From Nitrososphaerota archaeon (GTDB lineage: Archaea; Thermoproteota; Nitrososphaeria; Nitrososphaerales; UBA57), in NCBI GenBank assembly GCA_013306035.1, contig JABUBF010000003.1:29910-61909 (forward strand): 32,000 bases of DNA. The letters run 5' to 3'. A program made the translations under genes and the position numbers. Below, piece after piece: positions 26,161 to 32,000 of this stretch; within the stretch, counting starts at the first letter, position 1, and every line of letters begins with the position of its first letter. The notes under the pieces were generated by a model, which worked only from the letters and a program-made list of their open reading frames with translations, did no database searches and had not been told where the DNA came from.

Positions 26161-27483
26161 CTAATTAGCACCTAATTTCTTTAACAATTGTCGCATTCCT
26201 CTTCCTTTACTAGCTTTCATCATCTGCTTGGATTGTTTATATTTGTTTAATAATTCTTTTATCTCTTTTTCTGATCGTCCAGAACCTTTTGCAATTCTTT
26301 TTACTCTGGACGAATTCATTAAATCAGGATCTTGTTTTTCATCTTTTGTCATTGATTGAATTATAAACTTCCATTTTTCCATATTCTCTTCAATATTGTC
26401 TATATCCTTTTCTGGAACTTGTGCCGCACCTGGTATTAATTCCATTACTTTTTTTAATGAACCCATTTTATTAATTTGTTCTAATTGTTCATATAAATCA
26501 TTAATTGTCATTTTCCCCGACATAATTCTCTGCATCTTAATTTCTTGATCTTCAGATTGAACTTCTTTTAATCTCTGTAATAATGTTTGAATATCTCCCA
26601 TTCCAATTAGTCTTCCAACAAATCTTGTCGAAACAAATTCTTCTAGGTCATCAATTCTTTCTCCATTACCTATAAAAAATATATTAGCGTTAGTATTTGC
26701 GACGGCTGCAATGGCGCCTCCTCCTTTAGCTGCACCATCAAGTTTTGTTATGATTATTCCTCCAATGGAACTTACGTTAGTAAATGCTTTTGACTGTGCT
26801 TCTGATTGTTGTCCTATTGTCGAATCAATTACCAGTAAAGTGTGATCAGGTTTTATCTTGTTAGTTAGTTCTTTCATCTCTTCCATTAACCCACTTTCTT
26901 CTTTATGACGCCCAGTTGTATCAATAATTATTACTTCTTTTCCAATTTTCTTGAAATGTTCGATTCCATTATTAATAATTTTTAATGCATCTTTCTCTTT
27001 ATCTTGTCCAAATATCTCAATATCAAATGGCTCACATAATGAAGTAATTTGGACTAAAGCACCTGGTCTGAACGTATCTGCACCAATTACACCTACTGAA
27101 TAATTTTTCTTTGTTAAATATCGTGCTAATTTACCTACTGTCGTAGTTTTTCCACTTCCTTGTATTCCTAATACTAGAATTATGTTCTCTTTCTCTTTAT
27201 TCAGTTCAAATTTTCTTTCTGAACCTAGCGTTGTAGATAATTCTTCGTAAAGTATCTTTACAATGTGGTCACGTTTTGGTATTCCTGTGGGAATTCTTTC
27301 GTTCAATGCTCGAGTTTCGATTTTCTTTGTTAAATTAAATACAAGTTTAACATTTACATCTGCTTGCAATAGTGACCTTTGTAGGTCTTTTACAAACTCT
27401 TTTACTGTTTGTTCATCAATCTCATCATTACTCACAAATTTTTTTATTGCGTCTTGTAGTCCAGTTCTAAGATTATCTAACAT
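26161..27483 (-). CDS. srp54: signal recognition particle protein SRP54
   Basis: N domain, then G domain GIQGSGKTTT, DTTGRH and TKLDGAAKGG. Met-rich M domain with LKKVMELIPG and a basic C-terminus. Confidence 0.95.
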   Translation of the reverse strand: MLDNLRTGLQDAIKKFVSNDEIDEQTVKEFVKDLQRSLLQADVNVKLVFNLTKKIETRALNERIPTGIPKRDHIVKILYEELSTTLGSERKFELNKEKENIILVLGIQGSGKTTTVGKLARYLTKKNYSVGVIGADTFRPGALVQITSLCEPFDIEIFGQDKEKDALKIINNGIEHFKKIGKEVIIIDTTGRHKEESGLMEEMKELTNKIKPDHTLLVIDSTIGQQSEAQSKAFTNVSSIGGIIITKLDGAAKGGGAIAAVANTNANIFFIGNGERIDDLEEFVSTRFVGRLIGMGDIQTLLQRLKEVQSEDQEIKMQRIMSGKMTINDLYEQLEQINKMGSLKKVMELIPGAAQVPEKDIDNIEENMEKWKFIIQSMTKDEKQDPDLMNSSRVKRIAKGSGRSEKEIKELLNKYKQSKQMMKASKGRGMRQLLKKLGAN

Positions 27484-27489
27484 TCTATA

Positions 27490-28158
27490 TCACTTCTCTA
27501 TGATTCTTAATTCTGGAATCTCTAATTTACCTCTGTCTCCATACCAAATTCTTTTCGATTCTATAGGCTCAAGCTTATTTGCATAAAGTGGACCATCAAG
27601 TACCAACGTGTCTAAATCTCCTCCTTCTCCAACTGCATTAAACCTATATTTCTTTGCAAGACCAAGTAATTCTTCTATACTCTTTTTATCTAAATGTCTT
27701 CCTAACCATTCTTCTCCTAATCCAAGTGCTGCGACTGAAACTATTATCACATCTAATTTATTTTCTAATATCTTTTGATATAAATTCTCATGTGTAATTC
27801 CCCAGATTGGTGCATAATGTTCCATTCCTGTTTCTTTACATGCGTTATCGAACTTCTTTTTCTGAAAATTTGATTCTATTCCACCAGTGATTAAATATTC
27901 TGATCTCTGTTTACTTAAAGCCTCTGTTAATGCTTCTATCTCTCTGTCTTTTGATGCACTAATTGGAATCCAATTTAAACCCGTGACTTCTGCTATTGTT
28001 TTAACAAGATTAATATTGTGTGTGTGATACAACATACTTTCTTGATCCTCCGGTATCATTGTCATTATTCCCGTAATCTTAACTCCCTGATTATGTGCTA
28101 AATGCATGGATAGTACTGAGTCTTTCCCTCCTGATAAAAATGCAATTCCGCTCTTCAA
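27490..28158 (-). CDS. MJ0570/Dph6-type ATP pyrophosphatase (diphthine-ammonia ligase-like)
   Basis: N-terminal PP-loop-like FLSGGKDSVLS and the C-terminal GEGGDLDTLVLDGP motif typical of this family. Confidence 0.7.
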   Translation of the reverse strand: MKSGIAFLSGGKDSVLSMHLAHNQGVKITGIMTMIPEDQESMLYHTHNINLVKTIAEVTGLNWIPISASKDREIEALTEALSKQRSEYLITGGIESNFQKKKFDNACKETGMEHYAPIWGITHENLYQKILENKLDVIIVSVAALGLGEEWLGRHLDKKSIEELLGLAKKYRFNAVGEGGDLDTLVLDGPLYANKLEPIESKRIWYGDRGKLEIPELRIIEK

Positions 28159-28244
28159 TTATTTTACATATTCTATTCTAAACTACAATTATTAACTCTG
28201 ATTATTGGTCTATTCTACTCATAATTTGAAAATCATTGGAAAAG

Positions 28245-28252
28245 TTTATAGA
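28245..28252 (+). promoter_or_regulatory. TATA-like box (preceded by an A-rich BRE-like gaaaag) upstream of grpE-dnaK-dnaJ
   Basis: ggaaaagtttataga is centred about 36 nt upstream of the grpE ATG at 28285. Confidence 0.3.
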
Positions 28253-28284
28253 TGTGATTTGGTTACTCACTTTTAGTTAGGAAC

Positions 28285-29082
28285 ATGAAATCAGAACAGA
28301 AAGACAAACGAGAAATGCACAAAGCTACCTGCGCCGACTGTGGTAAAGAATGTGAAGTACCATTCAAGCCAGATGAAGACAGACCAGTTTATTGCAAAGA
28401 CTGTTTCCAAAAACATAGAACGCCAAGAAAATCAACTCTTACTAATAAAACAGAAATGAAATCACCAGAACCAAAACCTGTTGTTGAACCAAAACCTGTT
28501 GTTGAACCAAAACCTGTTGTTGAACCAAAACCTGTTGTTGAACCAAAACCTGTTGTTGAACCAAAACCTGTTGTTGAACCAAAACCTGTTGTTGAACCAA
28601 AACCTGTTGTTGAACCAAAACCAACTGTTGACGAACAATCTATATTACTTACAAAATATCAATATCTTCTAGCTGATTTTGAAAATTATCGTAAACAAGT
28701 TTCTAAAGAAAAAGAAAATCAATCTAAATTTGGTAATAGTCAAATTATTCAACATTTAATTGAAATATACGAAGACTTGAAACGTATAGTAGATAATATT
28801 GACTCTAATGATTCTTCTCTCAATGGAATAAAACCTGTAATTAAAAAAATTGAATCTATGTTCAAAGAACAATCAGTAGAAATTATACCTTCTGTAGGAA
28901 CTGACTTTGATCCAAATATTCACGAAGCTGTTGAATCCACAGAAAATTCTGAGTTTGCTGATAATGTAATTATATCTGAAATACAAAGTGGATATAAGAT
29001 TCATGGACAAGTTTTACGACCAAGTAAAGTAAATGTATCAAAACATAAAGTTTTAGATAATGGAGTGAATGCAAATGAGTAA
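28285..29082 (+). CDS. grpE: GrpE nucleotide exchange factor with N-terminal CxxC-x17-CxxC zinc ribbon and EPKPVV repeat linker
   Basis: [25 protein letters not shown], then (EPKPVV)x8 + EPKPTV. The GrpE core follows: [11 protein letters not shown] ... FDPNIHEAV ... [16 protein letters not shown]. Confidence 0.85.
   Translation: MKSEQKDKREMHKATCADCGKECEVPFKPDEDRPVYCKDCFQKHRTPRKSTLTNKTEMKSPEPKPVVEPKPVVEPKPVVEPKPVVEPKPVVEPKPVVEPKPVVEPKPVVEPKPTVDEQSILLTKYQYLLADFENYRKQVSKEKENQSKFGNSQIIQHLIEIYEDLKRIVDNIDSNDSSLNGIKPVIKKIESMFKEQSVEIIPSVGTDFDPNIHEAVESTENSEFADNVIISEIQSGYKIHGQVLRPSKVNVSKHKVLDNGVNANE
28468..28629 (+). repeat. 18-bp tandem repeat, 8 perfect units plus 1 degenerate unit
   Basis: gaaccaaaacctgttgtt repeats from 28468 to 28611 without a single mismatch. 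A ninth unit, gaaccaaaaccaactgtt, lies at 28612-28629. In frame inside grpE. Confidence 0.97.
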
Positions 29083-30958
29083 AATTATAGGGATAGATCT
29101 TGGCACAAGTAACTCCGCAGCCGCAGTGATGATTGGTGGTAAACCAACACTAATTCCAAGTGCTGAAGGCACTAGTGTTGGAGGTAAATCATTTCCATCA
29201 TACGTAGCTTTTACAAAAGATGGACAACGCTTAGTTGGTGAACCTGCAAGAAGACAAGCTATAACCAACCCAGATGGAACTATACAAAAAATTAAACGAA
29301 AAATGGGTGAATCATACAAAATTCACATTAATGGTAGTGATTACACACCAGAACAAATCTCTGCCTTTATTCTTCAGAAAATTAAGATTGATGCCGAGGC
29401 ATTCCTTGGTGAAAAAATTGAAAAAGTCGTTGTTACTGTACCTGCTTATTTCAACGATAATCAAAGACAAGCTACTAAGGACGCTGGTTCTATTGCCGGT
29501 CTAGATGTTGTTCGTATTATCAATGAACCTACTGCTGCATCTTTAGCTTATGGGCTTAATAAAGAGGCATCCGAACAAAAAATCCTGGTTTTTGACCTTG
29601 GTGGAGGTACACTTGACGTTACAGTAATGGAATTTGGAGATAGTGTATTTGAAGTAAAAAGTACTAGTGGAGATACTCAACTTGGCGGAACTGATATGGA
29701 TCAAATTATTCTTGATTATCTTGTAGATGTATTTAATCAGAGAACATCAATTGATTTACGTAATGATTCTAAAGCAATACAGAGACTTCGAGAAGGAGCT
29801 GAAAAAGCAAAAATCGAATTGTCTACTGTTTTATCTACTGATATCAATCTTCCATTTATAGCACAGGATTCAGAAAAAAACCCTATTCATTTTGAAACTA
29901 CATTAACACGTGCAAAACTTGAAGATCTTATTTCTGTCGTTCTCAACAAATGCGAGCGTCCAATTAAGCAAGCTATAGATGATGCAAAACTTTCTATGGC
30001 CGATATTGATAAAATCATTCTTGTAGGAGGTCCAACTCGTATGCCTTCAGTGCAAGAATTTGTTAAAAGAATAGTTGGTAAAGGGTTAGAACGTGGTGTT
30101 GATCCTATGGAATGTGTCGCATGTGGTGCTGCAATTCAAGGAGCAGTACTTGCTGGAGAAACTTCTGATATATTGTTGTTAGACGTTACACCTCTGTCAC
30201 TCGGCGTCGAAGTTCAAGGAGGTATATGTAATCGTATGATTGAACGTAATACTACTATCCCTACTAAAAAAAGTCAAACCTATTCCACCGCTCAAGATAA
30301 TCAACCTGCTGTTACAATACATATTCTTCAAGGCGAAAGAGAAATGGCAACTGATAATGTGTCTTTAGGACAATTCAATCTTGGTGGTATTCCTCCTGCT
30401 CCACGAGGCATTCCTCAAATTGAAGTCACTTTCGATATAGACGCTAATGGCATTATTAATGTATCTGCTAAAGATTTAGCTACAAACAAAGAACAAAAAA
30501 TTACTGTTACAGGTTCTAGTAAATTGTCTGATTCTGATAAAGAAAGGATGATTAAAGACGCTGAAACATTTGCTGACCAAGACAAAACCAAAAAAGAAGA
30601 AGTAGAATTGGTTAACAAAGCTGATTCATTAATTTATACGGCAGAACGCACGAAAACTGATCTCAAAGATAAAATTACCGCCGAACAAATCTCTCAAATT
30701 GATGATTTATCAACAAAATTGAAGTCATCTCTTGATTCTAAAGATCATAATTCAATTCGTGAACATTCTGATAATCTAAGTAATCTTTTGCAAGAAATTG
30801 GTTCCTCTGCATACCAACAATCTGCGCAACCCGATCCAGATCAGACATCTTCTGCTCCAAATTCATCTGCGGACACTAATTCTTCTGAAACACAGGAAAA
30901 AGTTGTCGATGGCGAATATAAAGAAGTAGATGATACTCCTTCAAATGATGCTAAATGA
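29069..30958 (+). CDS. dnaK: molecular chaperone DnaK (Hsp70), canonical copy
   Basis: [55 protein letters not shown], linker [15 protein letters not shown], and an acidic C-terminal tail. The alternative start at ATG 29075 ([10 protein letters not shown]) is at least as likely. Overlaps the grpE stop. Confidence 0.95.
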   Translation: MQMSKIIGIDLGTSNSAAAVMIGGKPTLIPSAEGTSVGGKSFPSYVAFTKDGQRLVGEPARRQAITNPDGTIQKIKRKMGESYKIHINGSDYTPEQISAFILQKIKIDAEAFLGEKIEKVVVTVPAYFNDNQRQATKDAGSIAGLDVVRIINEPTAASLAYGLNKEASEQKILVFDLGGGTLDVTVMEFGDSVFEVKSTSGDTQLGGTDMDQIILDYLVDVFNQRTSIDLRNDSKAIQRLREGAEKAKIELSTVLSTDINLPFIAQDSEKNPIHFETTLTRAKLEDLISVVLNKCERPIKQAIDDAKLSMADIDKIILVGGPTRMPSVQEFVKRIVGKGLERGVDPMECVACGAAIQGAVLAGETSDILLLDVTPLSLGVEVQGGICNRMIERNTTIPTKKSQTYSTAQDNQPAVTIHILQGEREMATDNVSLGQFNLGGIPPAPRGIPQIEVTFDIDANGIINVSAKDLATNKEQKITVTGSSKLSDSDKERMIKDAETFADQDKTKKEEVELVNKADSLIYTAERTKTDLKDKITAEQISQIDDLSTKLKSSLDSKDHNSIREHSDNLSNLLQEIGSSAYQQSAQPDPDQTSSAPNSSADTNSSETQEKVVDGEYKEVDDTPSNDAK

Positions 30959-32000
30959 GTACTAATGATTATTACGATATTTTAGGTATCTCTAAAACCA
31001 CTAACGAAAAAGACATTAAAAAAGTATATAGAAAATTAGCTCTGAAATATCATCCTGACCGTAACAAGTCTAAAGACGCCGAAGATAAATTCAAAGAAAT
31101 TTCTACTGCTTATGCTGTTCTTTCTAACCCTGAAAAACGTAAAATCTACGACCAATATGGACATGCTGGTATTGATGGTAAATTTAATCAAGAAGATATA
31201 TTTCGTTCTACTGATTTTGCAGATATACTTCGTGGTGTCGGAGGAATAGGATCCGGTGGATTTGGAAGTATCTTTGATTCATTCTTTGGTTCATCAACCT
31301 CTCGTGATCCATCTAGAGGTCAAGATCTTCGATATGATATAGAATTAACTCTAGAACAAGCTTTTGGTGTCGGAGGAATAGGATCCGGTGGATTTGGAAA
31401 TATCTTTGATTCATTCTTTGGTTCATCAACTTCTCGTGATCCATCTAGAGGTCAAGATCTTCGATATGATATAGAATTAACTCTAGAACAAGCTTTCAAA
31501 GGCGAAAAAATGAATATCACTATTCCTCGTCATGTAAAATGTCAATACTGTATTGGTTCAGGTGCAGAAAAAGGAACATCTCCTATTAATTGTTCAAATT
31601 GCAATGGTAGAGGTCAAGTCCAAGTTACACGTTCTGCAGGTTTTGCACGTTTTGTAAGTGTTCAAAATTGTTCTACTTGTCAAGGACGTGGACAAATCAT
31701 TAAAAAACCCTGTAAAAAATGCAACAGTCTTGGAATAATGGAGAAAAAACAAACAATTGAACTAAATATTCCATCTGGAGTAGATGAAGGTTCTAGGATT
31801 CGTTTACGTGGTTCTGGAGACGTAACCTCTGGAACAGGACAACCTGGAGACCTATATGTTGTTACCCATATGAAATCACATGACTCATTTCTTCGTGATG
31901 ATGAGAATCTAATTTATGAAACTAATGTTGATTATCCAATTGCTGTCCTTGGCGGCGATATCTTCATTCCTACTCTTGATAAAAATGCTAAACTAAAAAT
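30955..32000 (+). CDS. dnaJ: molecular chaperone DnaJ (type I Hsp40), 3'-partial
   Basis: My translation from the ATG at 30955 (ATGA overlap with the dnaK stop) gives the J domain [11 protein letters not shown]...KYHPDRN, a G/F region, and four CxxCxGxG motifs ([32 protein letters not shown]). It runs off the window. Contains a 44-codon in-frame duplication. Confidence 0.92.
   Translation, partial: MSTNDYYDILGISKTTNEKDIKKVYRKLALKYHPDRNKSKDAEDKFKEISTAYAVLSNPEKRKIYDQYGHAGIDGKFNQEDIFRSTDFADILRGVGGIGSGGFGSIFDSFFGSSTSRDPSRGQDLRYDIELTLEQAFGVGGIGSGGFGNIFDSFFGSSTSRDPSRGQDLRYDIELTLEQAFKGEKMNITIPRHVKCQYCIGSGAEKGTSPINCSNCNGRGQVQVTRSAGFARFVSVQNCSTCQGRGQIIKKPCKKCNSLGIMEKKQTIELNIPSGVDEGSRIRLRGSGDVTSGTGQPGDLYVVTHMKSHDSFLRDDENLIYETNVDYPIAVLGGDIFIPTLDKNAKLK
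31233..31497. repeat. direct tandem duplication, 2 x 132 bp, 2 mismatches
   Basis: 31234-31365 equals 31366-31497 except g31268/a31400 (Ser/Asn) and c31309/t31441 (synonymous). 132 = 44 codons. It duplicates [11 protein letters not shown][S/N][32 protein letters not shown]. Confidence 0.97.

Noticed and set aside
28468-28629. Possible CRISPR array
   Set aside because: The units are contiguous 18-mers with no spacers, in frame within a coding sequence, and there are no cas genes nearby.
28442-28672. ORFs 28442-28624 (-) and 28481-28672 (+) encoding LVQQQV / LLNQN repeats
   Set aside because: These are alternative-frame and antisense readings of the perfect 18-bp repeat inside grpE. Their periodicity is a by-product of the repeat.
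29069-29074. MQ extension at the DnaK N-terminus
   Set aside because: I could not decide from sequence alone. ATG 29075 gives the classic [10 protein letters not shown] start, and both candidates overlap the grpE stop, so I kept the longer coordinates and flagged the alternative.
875-30958. The two Hsp70 genes as a recent gene duplication or a two-strain assembly chimera
   Set aside because: The proteins are highly diverged throughout, with different motif variants, linkers and tails. They are old paralogs, not near-identical copies.

Overview
AT-rich (about 30% GC by eye), tightly packed archaeal chromosomal segment. I call about 33 protein genes and 2 tRNAs. I see no rRNA, CRISPR, transposase, integrase or recognisable defence genes. 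Gene content suggests an ammonia-oxidising thaumarchaeon (Nitrosopumilales-like); this is an inference I cannot verify. The supporting genes are a group II chaperonin, archaeal Pus10, SRP54, Dph6-like ATP pyrophosphatase, geranylgeranyl reductase, F420 genes cofC/cofD, an amicyanin-like cupredoxin, multi-intron tRNAs and a bacterial-type grpE-dnaK-dnaJ operon. This is a housekeeping and proteostasis region, not an obvious accessory island, and I found no clear-cut new system. Six things deserve a second look. (1) Five near-identical direct tandem duplications of 54-171 bp sit inside conserved genes. Four are in frame, the only six mismatches are all transitions, and three hit Hsp70-system genes. 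They are either real recent slippage events or assembly artefacts. (2) A second, divergent Hsp70 paralog is paired with an upstream zinc-ribbon protein. (3) GrpE carries an N-terminal CxxC-x17-CxxC zinc ribbon and a perfect 8 x 18-bp (EPKPVV) repeat linker. All three chaperone loci in the window are linked to CxxC...CxxC proteins. (4) Pus10 encodes its conserved zinc-binding N-terminus upstream of the first ATG, with no canonical start codon available. (5) One protein fuses an AN1 zinc finger to an M50 membrane protease. (6) tRNA-His has 2 introns and a tRNA(CAU) has about 3. All functional calls rest on motif recognition by eye. No database search was possible.
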